Of a DNA stretch of 64,000 bases, positions 30,886-41,600 are shown piece by piece. Made by a program: the position numbers and the translations under genes. How positions within the stretch are numbered: the stretch's first letter is position 1; each line of letters begins with the position of its first letter. The DNA is from an uncultured delta proteobacterium. GTDB taxonomy: Bacteria > Desulfobacterota > Zymogenia > Zymogenales > Zymogenaceae. The notes below the pieces were generated by a model, which was not told the origin of the DNA, searched no databases, and saw nothing but the letters and a program-made list of their open reading frames with translations. The DNA lies in the NCBI GenBank assembly GCA_963735595.1, contig CAVTLK010000002.1, positions 128,001 to 192,000 of the forward strand, in the 5' to 3' direction.

Positions 30886-32385
30886 TTACCCCGGGATTCG
30901 GTCGAGGAGGGGGCCGAGCTTCACGAACCGCTCGTACAGCGCATCGTAGACCTCTCTGCCGCCGGACGGCCCTATGGTTCGGGAAAAGAAGTCGATACCC
31001 GAGAGCGCCTCGTTGTGATCCCGGAAGACTCCCAGCCCTATGAATCCGAAGATCGCCGCGCCGACGACCGTGTTCTCCGACTGCCGGGTCAGGCGGATGG
31101 GTATATCGAGGACGTCGGCCCTGATTCGGTTGAGCAGCTCGTTTCGCGACCCCCCGCCCACTATGGTCAGACGGGAGAATCTCTCTCCGGAAAGCGTCGA
31201 AAGCAGCGTCATCGCCTCGCGTAGCTGAAACGCCAATCCCTCCAAGAACGCCCGATAGATTGCGCCGCGGCTGCTTGCCAGGGTCAGGCCCGTGATCGCG
31301 CCCGCGGCATCGTACCTCTTGGCAATACCCGATCCTCGAATGAAGGAGGGATAGACCATGATTCCCTGTGCGCCGGGGTCTACGCGCCCGGCCTCGGCGA
31401 TCATCAGGTCGTACCCCCTTTTTTTTGCTTTTGCCGCCCCAAAGAAGGCGCCGGCGGCCCATTCCAACGCCCCCGATCCTATCCATTGAAAGCCGGAGTC
31501 GAAAAGCCCCGCGACGGCGTCGCACTCGTTCTTGAGCCCGAGCGCACGTGCCCGGGCCGACGTATCGGGAGCGGTCCGGCGCACGAAGAGGACCTCCCAG
31601 GTACCCGAGCTCAGTATCGCCTCTCCGGGAGGGCAGCCGGAGCCGGCGATCGCAAACTGGGTGTCGTGGCCGGCCGCAACCACCGGCACGCCGGCGGGGA
31701 GCCCGAGCCCGTGAGCGGCCCGGCGAGTCAGCGTCCCGATGATAGTCCCCGGCTCAACGAGCGGAGGGAAGAGTGACGGGTCGAGACCGGCCCGATTAAT
31801 CAAACCTTTCGAATAGTCGCGCCGGCGTATGTCCAACAGCATCATGCTGTCGGCGGTGGTGGGGTCGTTGGTCATGCGGCCGGTCAAGCGGAAATTTATA
31901 ATCCCGGGTGTCATGAGGTAGGCGTACGCATGGTCGAGCGCCTGAGGGGCGTTGGCTTTGAGCCAGAAGAGGCGAAGGAGGGTGTGCTGGCTCATGACCT
32001 GCTCGCCGGTGATACGAAAGAGGTCGGAAGACGGGATGTAGTCGTCAATCCGGTCGGCAATATCGACCGTGCGGGGGCACTGCCAGGAAATGACGGGATA
32101 GAGCAGTTTACCGTTTCTGTCCACGGGGGCGCCGTCGTCCGAAAAAGCGGTGACGACGACCGCCCGTACCGCGTCTTTTCCCACTGCGGCCGCCGTCTTC
32201 CTTCCGCACGTGATCAGCTTTCTCCAGACGGTATCGATGTCCCAGATGAGCCAGTCCTTGCCCGGCTCCTGGCGCACCGGCGCGTTGGGGAGCGCCTCCC
32301 GGTGTACGATATCGCCCTGTTGGCTAACCGCGATCGCACGGATGTTTGTGGCGCCGCAGTCAAAAACGAGCATGAGCTGCTTCAT
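30886..32385 (-). CDS. fucK: FGGY-family sugar kinase, L-fuculokinase-like
   Basis: N-terminus LVFDCGATNIRAIAV, PVISWQCPRT, AGHDTQFA and LSSGTWE closely follow FucK; substrate is inferred. Confidence 0.78.
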   Translation of the reverse strand: MKQLMLVFDCGATNIRAIAVSQQGDIVHREALPNAPVRQEPGKDWLIWDIDTVWRKLITCGRKTAAAVGKDAVRAVVVTAFSDDGAPVDRNGKLLYPVISWQCPRTVDIADRIDDYIPSSDLFRITGEQVMSQHTLLRLFWLKANAPQALDHAYAYLMTPGIINFRLTGRMTNDPTTADSMMLLDIRRRDYSKGLINRAGLDPSLFPPLVEPGTIIGTLTRRAAHGLGLPAGVPVVAAGHDTQFAIAGSGCPPGEAILSSGTWEVLFVRRTAPDTSARARALGLKNECDAVAGLFDSGFQWIGSGALEWAAGAFFGAAKAKKRGYDLMIAEAGRVDPGAQGIMVYPSFIRGSGIAKRYDAAGAITGLTLASSRGAIYRAFLEGLAFQLREAMTLLSTLSGERFSRLTIVGGGSRNELLNRIRADVLDIPIRLTRQSENTVVGAAIFGFIGLGVFRDHNEALSGIDFFSRTIGPSGGREVYDALYERFVKLGPLLDRIPG

Positions 32386-32620
32386 GAACGGCCTTTACTC
32401 CTCTCGAAGAAATAATACGTCACTACGGTGGAATTATCCATATAAAAAGGAGAGAGATCCGGTATAGTCTGCCGGGGAGTCCGCGTTTTCTTGCACCTGG
32501 CAGCTCTTTCTCCCACACGCCGTTCTCAAGGGCCGGTTGCGCCGCCGGGGCCGTGCATCCGGGACATACGCCCCCTGTTGACGAGAATCCTTCGGAATTG
32601 CAGGAGAACCAAGAAAATAC

Positions 32621-32652
32621 TTGACTCGTCGAATGTACAAATATATAGTACA
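32621..32652 (+). promoter_or_regulatory. sigma70-type promoter overlapped by a palindromic operator-like site
   Basis: TTGACT-N17-TATAGT (32621-32649); TGTAC-N9-GTACA at 32634-32652. Confidence 0.55.
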
Positions 32653-32860
32653 AACGCATTGCAAGGGTAATATTAATTAACATTAAGATGCTCTAACGTA
32701 ATAATGTATTTATGGTGACGGTTCTTCGGGACGTTCCGGGAGATGAGTAGCTGAGCTCGACGTCGGTTTGACATTCCCCGTCTTTTTTCCCGTAAGACGG
32801 CCGGTTTCTCCGGGAGGAAGCCCCCTTCCTTTATCCCTGAGTCCTCTGACGTTGTCGGTG

Positions 32861-32909
32861 CGATAGGCGATAGGTAATAGGCAATAGGCGGTAAGCCGTG
32901 GGCCGCAGG
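32861..32909 (+). repeat. Degenerate heptamer tandem repeat
   Basis: CGATAGG CGATAGG TAATAGG CAATAGG CGGTAAG CCGTGGG CCGCAGG. Confidence 0.7.
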
Positions 32910-33138
32910 GCAACGCCACATTTCGGGAAGGTCCCCTCATGTTCAGTCCACGTCGGGTGGAACGCTATTTCGCCGCGGCTTATGATTCCCGTGATGACGG
33001 AAACGACTAACAACGACTGAAACGATAATGTTTCATTTGTGTAACGTGGGCCGAAGACCACCAGAGGTTACCGCGAACTAAGGCGGCGTAATATATTGCT
33101 ATCACTGGAAATTTTGGGAGCGCCGTTTAGGGCGGGAT

Positions 33139-33155
33139 TTGGAATAGTTTTTGCA
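33139..33155 (+). promoter_or_regulatory. Putative sigma54 (-24/-12) promoter of the surface-protein locus
   Basis: TTGGAATAGTTTTTGCA: GG(33141-2)-N10-GC(33153-4), about 85 nt before the first gene. Confidence 0.65.
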
Positions 33156-33239
33156 TTTAATATAAAAGTTTAACGTTCTCATGCAACATGACCACAGCGT
33201 ACAGTACGCGTTATCTGACTGCGGGAGGTATGCACGATA

Positions 33240-35675
33240 GTGAAAAGAATCAGGATTACCGGACGAATCTCGAAGGTGCTCTTATTCTGCGTTCTGCTGT
33301 TTTTACTGCCCGTATTGACATACGCGGTCAGGATCGAGGATGAGGATACCGGGACCGACGTCCTCCTTATGGGGCTGGGAATTCTCAGGGTCAACTACAC
33401 ATCGGTGGAGGGCAACCCCATCATCTTTGAGGACAGCGACCGTGGGCTTCCCGAGTTCTTCTCCAATTCTTCCAGGGCGGATCTTCTGGTCGACGGAACC
33501 GTATATCATAATTACCAGGTGGAAGGCTACCTTCATTACAGAGACATTACCTATAACCTCGAGCCGAACCTTTCGGTGTACCTGAAGATCAAAAGAGATC
33601 TCAATTACCTATCCGTCGGTGATCACCAGGAAGGCGTATTTACCGATACCCTCTTTACCCGTTTCGAACCGGAATTCCGGGGCGCATTGCTCCATATCGA
33701 AGACAAGAACTATGGGCTGGAGGTCTTTGGCGGGGCGGTGCGCGGTAACCAGACCGAAGACGAGATCGATGCCGACGGCAACTCGGGGCCGTATTATACG
33801 TCGTTCTCCCCCGTGATGGCGGCCACCGAATCGGTCTTCATTCGTGTCCGCGATAAGAATAACCCCGCTCTCATACTTAAGAACGATAAGCAGCAGCGGG
33901 GAATCGACTATACTATCGATTATGATACCGGGAAAATAGTATTCACCTACCCGGTGGACTCCACGGACTTCTCCGGAAACCCGATTTCGATCGTGGTCAC
34001 CTATCAGTATGATGATCCCGAAGGCGCCTACAGCCGGTACGTGGCGGGGGGGCGCGTATGGTTCCTGCCCCACGAATATATAAAGATGGGGATGACCTAC
34101 CTCACCAACGGCCCCGTTGACGATACGCTCAATGAAAGCTTCGAAAACCGAATCCAGATCTACGGCACGGATCTAACCATCGATAATAAGAACTCCTTCT
34201 ACCTCGGCGCCGAATTCGCGGCAAGCGACATACCGAACGGCGGCTCGCCGACGGATTTAGCCTACCGGGGGAATTTTACGTGGAGGCCGAGCGCGGATCT
34301 CCGCTTCTGGGGCGGCTACTATCGCGTGGATAAGGATTTTCCGACGTTTGGCTCCACGAGCTTTGATATCGAAAAGATCGTCAAGGAAATTCGATACGAT
34401 GTTCCCTTCGATTTCAGGTCGGGGACCGATATCTATGATCTGAACCCTGACGTTGACGTCGGCCTGGGGACGGATGAGGAATCCTGGGGACTGGCCGGGG
34501 AATACCTGTTTGCACCTAACCACACGCTGACCGCCGGCTATCGCGAGATCAGGGATAATATCCCTTACGACGGGGACCTTCCCCGCACGACGTCCCGCGA
34601 CGTCTACGCGTCTTACCGGTATAATCCGGTGGACCGATTCAACTATTTCGTGGGCGCGCAGTGGATCAAGAGCTTTGACGACCAGAGCCCCCGGCTCGCC
34701 GATACCGAAACCTACCGCCTCATAATGGGGATGAAAGGCCCCCTTGGAAGCTCGCGGATCACCGGCCCGGCCAAGATCGAGGCGGCTTACGTGTATGACG
34801 ATTTCAGGGATCTTGTTGACCATACCGAGAACGAGGCAACCCATTACCTGCTGGCCCGCGTGGACTTCATGCCGGTTCCCGATCTGACGTTTTTCATCGA
34901 GCAGAACGAAATGCTGGTCGCGGGACGGGGAGAGGACGGCGTCGTGCTCAGGGGCGACGCGACCTGGCTTGGGGTAGACTACCGCCGCAAGAGATTACGG
35001 GCCGAGGCGTACTATAAATTCCTGCAGGAGTACGATTATACGTTGGGGCGGGAGGTTACCCGGGAGCACCTGGCTTCTGCGATCGTTACCTACAAGCCGA
35101 CCGATACGGTGGGCGTACGCCTAAAGCTCGAGGTCGGGTTCAACACCGATGCATCGACCCTTCCCGAAACCACGAGCACCGATTACATCGCCGAGGCCGA
35201 GATCGTCTGGGATATCAGGCCGGACCTGGTCCTTTCCGTATCATACGCGCTGGACACCTCCGCCGATGAAACCGGCGGCGCCGGCGACGAGGCTCTGGAA
35301 GACGAGGCGGTGGTCATGATCGAGTACTCTCCCGATCCGGGCGATCTATCCCTCTACGGCGAGTACCGGTTCGAGCGAAGCTACCTGAAGACCGATCCGC
35401 TGTCCGCCGAGGAAACCAGGACCAACACCTACATTATCGGGGGGCGGTATCAATTCCTCCCCAAGTGGGAAGTCGTCGGCGGATTCAAATACGCCGGGAC
35501 AAACGGCGCCCTCGAGAGCCATAAAATGGATACGTTCGTTGAGGTCGGGTACGATCTCTTCGACTGGCTGAAGATGTCTCTCGGATACGAATACCAGGAA
35601 ATGACCGACCGCGAGGCGCCCGATACCGATTACACCGCCAATATCGGCTACCTGAAAGCAACGGGTAAGTTTTAA
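33240..35675 (+). CDS. Putative outer-membrane beta-barrel protein with SprA-like motif
   Basis: Signal peptide; GPYY...SVFIRVRD...RGIDYTIDYDTGKIVF...NPISIVVTYQY; long run of amphipathic aromatic-rich strands; C-terminal Phe (GYLKATGKF). Confidence 0.75.
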   Translation: MKRIRITGRISKVLLFCVLLFLLPVLTYAVRIEDEDTGTDVLLMGLGILRVNYTSVEGNPIIFEDSDRGLPEFFSNSSRADLLVDGTVYHNYQVEGYLHYRDITYNLEPNLSVYLKIKRDLNYLSVGDHQEGVFTDTLFTRFEPEFRGALLHIEDKNYGLEVFGGAVRGNQTEDEIDADGNSGPYYTSFSPVMAATESVFIRVRDKNNPALILKNDKQQRGIDYTIDYDTGKIVFTYPVDSTDFSGNPISIVVTYQYDDPEGAYSRYVAGGRVWFLPHEYIKMGMTYLTNGPVDDTLNESFENRIQIYGTDLTIDNKNSFYLGAEFAASDIPNGGSPTDLAYRGNFTWRPSADLRFWGGYYRVDKDFPTFGSTSFDIEKIVKEIRYDVPFDFRSGTDIYDLNPDVDVGLGTDEESWGLAGEYLFAPNHTLTAGYREIRDNIPYDGDLPRTTSRDVYASYRYNPVDRFNYFVGAQWIKSFDDQSPRLADTETYRLIMGMKGPLGSSRITGPAKIEAAYVYDDFRDLVDHTENEATHYLLARVDFMPVPDLTFFIEQNEMLVAGRGEDGVVLRGDATWLGVDYRRKRLRAEAYYKFLQEYDYTLGREVTREHLASAIVTYKPTDTVGVRLKLEVGFNTDASTLPETTSTDYIAEAEIVWDIRPDLVLSVSYALDTSADETGGAGDEALEDEAVVMIEYSPDPGDLSLYGEYRFERSYLKTDPLSAEETRTNTYIIGGRYQFLPKWEVVGGFKYAGTNGALESHKMDTFVEVGYDLFDWLKMSLGYEYQEMTDREAPDTDYTANIGYLKATGKF

Positions 35676-35696
35676 ACACCAAATGGGTTTTGATAT

Positions 35697-38623
35697 ATGA
35701 AATCACTCAATACCATCCACCATTGGCGTCGTTCTTCTCGCCGTTGGATTGATGCTCTTTCCCGTACGCCGCTCGTCTCGCACGCCGGGACAACGGCGGG
35801 GCTCGTCGGACAATGCGGTATCACGACGGTGTGCGCTGTCAGACCAAAGTTTCGATCTGTCGGCCGACCCGGCCGCAACGCGACCATCGAAGCAGGCAGA
35901 TCCGAGCCATCACCTTTTTTCACCGTTGATGTCGAAGGGACAGCCACTTCTACGGCTCGGTTATGCTCTCGGTGTCCGGACTGCCTTCCCAGTGACGGCG
36001 ACCTTCGACGATAACCCACTAGGGGGCGACGACAACGAGCCTAATTACGTCGGGTGGACACGACGACGGGTGCGGCTGCAGCAATTATGAGACGAAGCTG
36101 CGTATCGACCTCCACCGGCGACGCGTGCCCGGGGACCTATACGCTGACGATAAGCGGAACGAACGAGGAAATCGGTACGAGACGGACGACCGTCACCCTG
36201 GTGGTGGATAGGGAGCGGGGGAGGGGACTTTCACCTCTCGGCGTCCCCGTCTCTGATGGAAGTTCGGCGGGAGAGACCGCCGAGTATACGGTTACCGGGG
36301 TCTTTTCCGGATGCGACCGCTCCGTCGGCGGACTTGTCGGCAGAGGGGCTCCCGTCGGAGGCGTCCGCGTCGTTTGACCCCCAAACGATTAGCAGGGAGG
36401 CTGATTCGTCCGCGCTTACCATCCGGACCGGCTTAGCGACGCCTGCCGGGACGTATACCGTTACCATCGTCGGTCTGAGCGGGGATCTGCGACGGACGAC
36501 GACGGTAATCCTGAAGGTCACCAAGCCGCAGAACTTTGCACTCTTGGCTAAGCCGACCAAGCTGGAAATCAAGTGGAGATAAGGCCGATTTTGCGGTTAT
36601 CGGTGAATTTACCGAAGGTTTACGGGCGAGGTGAAACTCTCTCTTAAAGATACACCGTCCGGCCCGTCGGATCGCTTCAGCCGGAATCGATATCTCCCAA
36701 GGTCATCGACTCCGTCCTGACGATTACCACCACGCGGATACCGAACCCGGCACGTACGAGATCACCAAAAAGGATCAGCGATCGCAGGGCGACCGGACGA
36801 CACGGTGACGCTCACCGTCACGGAGGGGGAGGGAATTTTACGCTCTCGTCCGACCCGACGTCGCGGAGATTGAGGCAGGCGACATTGCCGACTATACGAT
36901 TACCGGTACGTTCGACGGGTGTTTCGGCGGGCCGGTCGAGCTGGTGGTTGACCGGGAGAAGTTAACACTCCCGGACGGCGCCACGTGGTTCTTCCAGCCC
37001 GATGCGTCCATAGACAAGACCGATCCCTCGGCTGTCCTGAAGATAGTGACCGACAAGAAGACACCCGCAGGCACCTACCCGATCCGTATCGTCGACGCCG
37101 AGACCGGGAAAAAGGAGATCTGGGTTGACCTCGTCGTAAAGGAAGTTATTCAGGACTTCTCGCTTTCGGCAAATCCGACCTCCCGTGGTATCGAACCGGG
37201 AGAGACCGCCACGTACACGATCACGGTCAACGAGGGCGGGTCGCTGCCTCCCTATGAGGTGAGCTTCCCCGAGCCCTCGGTCACCGACGGGCTGACGGCG
37301 ACGATAGACCCGATGTCGCTGCCCCCGACCTCGAACACCAACTCGGTAACCCTCACCGTCCAGACGGACGCGACCGTCGAGGAAGGGATATACTCCATCA
37401 CCGTGGAAGCAAGCGGGGGCGGGCATACGGCAAACGTCACCGTGACCCTCGCGATAAATGAGCCGCCCGTTATCGAATCCGCGGGCCTCTCCGTGGATAA
37501 ATCGGTTAGCCCGTCGTCGGCCAAGGTAGGCGGGATGCTGCTCTATACGGTAGAGATCAGAAACACCGGCCGCGGTGTGCTCAAAGAAATCGTCGTTCGG
37601 GACCACATGCCGGCCGGCGTCGGTTACGTGAAGGGAAGCACCACCATTGACGGGAGAAAGGCCACCGAGCCTTCCGGGACAACGACGCTCATCTGGGAAA
37701 TCGACGAGATCGACGGGGGGGACAGCGTAACCCTGAAGTATCACGGGGTGGTCAAGCCCAATATATCCCGGGGAAAAAGCACCAACACGGTCACGATAAG
37801 CGGAACGGACGCGACCGGCAGGACGCTCACCGCCAGGGCGAGCGCCGATCTTGGCGTCTCGTCGGAGACGCTGGATAGAAAAGGAAAGATAAAGGGGAAG
37901 GTCTTCATCGACGAGAACGGCAACGGCCTGAAGAACGTCGACGAGGAAGGGATCGCCGGCGTCTGGATCATCATGGAATCGGGAGAGCGCACCAGCACCG
38001 ACGAAGAGGGCATGTTCCAGTTCGACGAGGTAGACTCCGGCCAGCACCTGGTCGCCGTTGACGTGCGCAAGCTCTCCAAGAAGTACTTCGTCGTCGGAGA
38101 CTCCTCCAAGATCGTCTCGCTCTTTTCCGGCGGTACCGGGAGGACCTATTTCGGCCTCGGACGGACCGGCCCCACGAAAGAGGAGCTGGAGGCGCTGAAA
38201 AAGACCGAGGAGGAGAAGTTAAAGAAGGAGGAAGAGGCCCGCAAGGAGGAGGAAAAGAAGAAGGCAGAGGAGGAAAAGGAGAGAAACGCCCCGAAGGGGA
38301 CCCTCTTCGGCAATGTCTTCGTAGACGCCAACGACAATAATATATGCAACCCCGGGGAAAAGCGCCTCGAAAAGGTGACGGTGCTTCTGGACTCCGGGAA
38401 GAGGTCGGTGACCGACAATGTGGGCAATTACCGCTTCGACAAGGTAAAGGAAGGGCGGCATACCCTCTCCATCCGGGAGGATCAGGAGTTCAAGAAGAGT
38501 TACCGGCTGTCAAAGAAAGAAAAGATCACCGTGAACGTGAAGGCTTCCACGAACAACAGGAAGGATATTCCGGTGTTGGACAAGAGTAAGCTGAAAATCA
38601 ATATCGAGTTAACCGTACGATAA
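35697..38623 (+). CDS. Ig-like repeat + DUF11 + two SdrD-B-like domains protein (5' part heavily frameshifted)
   Basis: Intact frame 36944-38623 has FSLSANPTSR..PGETATYTITV, a DUF11 domain (LSVDK..YTVEIRN..VRDHMP..YVKGST) and two GxVFxDxNxN..GE SdrD-B motifs. Fragments of the same F.LSA.P/TPAGTY repeat occur in shifting frames from 35697. Confidence 0.75.
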
Positions 38624-38642
38624 AGCCCGTTGAGGATATTTA

Positions 38643-41600
38643 ATGGATACGATTAGATTCAAACCGGTCACCATGCTTCGGATAACGGGGATACTCCTCG
38701 TGCTCCTGCTCGGGGTCTTCTCCCTGGCGCAGGATATCGGCCTGACGGGCCCGTCGGGGCTGGAGGTCAGCGTCTGCGGCGACGGCCAATTCACTATCAC
38801 GGTTGAAAACGGCGATACCGACATTTCGAATCTGGACATCTACGCGGCCGTTGTGACGGGCGGCGGCAGCGTCATACCCACCAGCGATTTTACGCTGGTA
38901 TATGAATCCGGCACGCCTAATCCCGCGCCCGACTCCCATACGCTCACCCCGGCGACGGTGACATGGTCGGATCGGACCCTTGCCGCGGATGCGACCTGGA
39001 CCGGGAGCCTTACCGTCAGCCCGCACTGCGACGCGTTCTCCAACCGGGAGCTGGTCGTCATGGTCAGCTACGACTACTTCGACGGTGTGGACGTAGTGCA
39101 CGTCGTGGAGACCCCGGTTTACTCGGGCTCCCTGCAGGTGCTCATGCCCAACCTGGTCGTTGAGCTTGACCCCGAGGTCCTCTACGGCATCGCCCCGGGC
39201 GAGACCGCCAGCTGGCCGGTGTACGTATCCAACACCGGCGACGGTGTCCTTTCCGACGGAACGCTGACGGCCGTGCTCGCCCCCGGCGGGGGGTTAGATA
39301 ACCTTACCTTCACCCCGCCCAGCGGCAGCCCGGCGCCGTTGGCGGCGCCCATACCGATGCCTGATCTTATTGCGGGAGCGCCCAGGACGTTCCTGGGCAC
39401 GGTGTCTGCCGATCTCACGGTGGGCACCGCCACCTCCTGCCGGGACATCTACGTTACCTTTACCGGCAACTTCGGGTGCGAGAGCCTCAACTGCCAGCCG
39501 GACGTCGTAGTCACCGGCAGCGTCAACCTGGAATACCGGACGCCCAACCTGACCTATTCCTTCAGCCCGGACCCCATATCTACAATACCCTACTGCGGCA
39601 GCACCAGCGTTACCGTCACCATCGAAAACCCCGGGGCAACCGCGGGCAACATCGTCGGCCTGCAAATGACGGTGGACGCCTTCGGCATGGAATACACCGT
39701 CACGGGTGACACCTCCTCCGAGGTCGACGTGCTGGTCGATACCGGCTCGAACATTTTCAGGTTCGTCGATGCCGCCAACCATAGTCTGCCGGCGGTCATC
39801 GGCCCGGACGACGAGTTCGATTTCACCTTCGATGTCTCGCGCGACGGGTGCGCCACGCTGGACTGCCGGTCATTAATATTCATACCGCAATTCTATGACG
39901 ACTGCGGCGACGTGTTCGAGCCGCCAATCCAGGAACTGCAGATCTCGGCCTACCCGCCGGCCACGTCGGACTATGACCTCACCGTAACACCGGACGCGGG
40001 CAATCCGGCCATCCCGGACGAGGGGGCCACACTCGGCTACACGGTCACGGCGGTCTATAACGCCGAGTCCGGCGAGACGGACGCGACGGCCGACATCGTC
40101 GTAACCTACCCCGCGACCTTTTCGATCGCGGCCGGCACGGACACCGGCTACACGGTCACGGGCGCAAACGAGATAACGTGGGAAGACGAGGACTTCAGCC
40201 CGACGGGCTGGTCGGTTGCCAAGCGGCTGGTACTAACGGCGCATTACGCCGGCACCAGCTGCAACAGCGATTTCACGCTCCACTTCGCCGTGGAGCCGAC
40301 CTCCGGCATGTGCGAGGGAGAGTGCCCGCCCGAGGGGGCCACCGCCAACCTGGGCCTGCTGAGCGATACGATGCTGGTTGTCATCAAGACCGCCGCGGGC
40401 GGGGGCGACGGCATTATATATGTCGGCGAACCTCTGGATTTCACCATCAACGTCTACTATTACGGGCCGCGGCTTTTGATCGGCGGCAGCCTCGTTACGC
40501 CGCCCGCTTTCGTTACAGATACGCTGCCGGCCGGCTTCTGGCTCGAAGAAAGCCTCCCGCCTGACCCGCCTGACCCCGTGGTGAGCCCGGACCCGGTCGA
40601 CACTACCGCCAATCCGCTAACCTGGTGCCTGGACGCGGGCGATCTATCGCAGACCGGTCCGGTCACGTTCACCTACTCGCTGGAGCCGATCCCGTTGGGC
40701 TACCCGGGCTACGATCTCTGCCTCTGCGGTCATACGATCACCAACACCGCGACGGCAACGCTCAATACCACCGGGGCGGCGCCCTGCGCCGTGCCCAATA
40801 CCTCCCCGTTTGGCTGCAGCGACGAGGCGGTGTTGAGCTTCGCCTATAACTGCGATTACGGCACTCCGGCCACGGGCTTTGAGGTCGAGAAGACGGCCGC
40901 GCCGGCCTCCGCGGAGCGGTGCGACTACGAAAACGGGATCACGTTCACGAACACAATCACCTTCAATCAGGCCTACTCGAGCTGGAACGACATCACGTTC
41001 ACTGATAACGGCAACGTCATCGGCATGGCCTTTAGTGAAGCGATACCCCTGAGCGGCACAGCCAATTTCTCCATCACCGCCGGGCCTTCGGCCGGTGCGG
41101 ACGAGGATTACCTAATAACCCTCGGGAACCCAGTAGTGTTGGGTTCAAGCGGCGTTGGACTGACCGGCGGACCCCAGGCCGGCGACGTCCTGGAGATCAC
41201 CTATACCCTCTACTTCTCGAGCGCCGCTAATACTACGGGGACCACCGTCGTCAACTGGTCCGATTATACCGTTGCCACGGTTCCCACGGTGTGTGACGAC
41301 GGCACCAACGAGTTTCACGCCGGGGCGTGGGTGACGCCGATAAACCCGGCCCCCACGGTGACTATCTCTGACTACTGCCACTACGACGACGAGGGACACT
41401 GCACGTTCGTCGTCAACCGGTGCGACAGTTCGACCTTCAGGCTCTATCTCACCAGCACCAGGGTCGAGCGCGACGTTATCGTCCGGATTGAGCTGCTGGA
41501 CAACTACACCTTTGACAGCGCCGTACCAACGTCCTTCGTCAATATAAACAGGCCGGACGGAAGCCCGGTTGCCGCCTTTGCACCCGACACCTCCACGCCG

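Noticed and set aside
33084..33100. Second sigma54-like element CGGCGTAATATATTGCT
   Set aside because: GG-to-GC spacing is 11 nt instead of the required 10.
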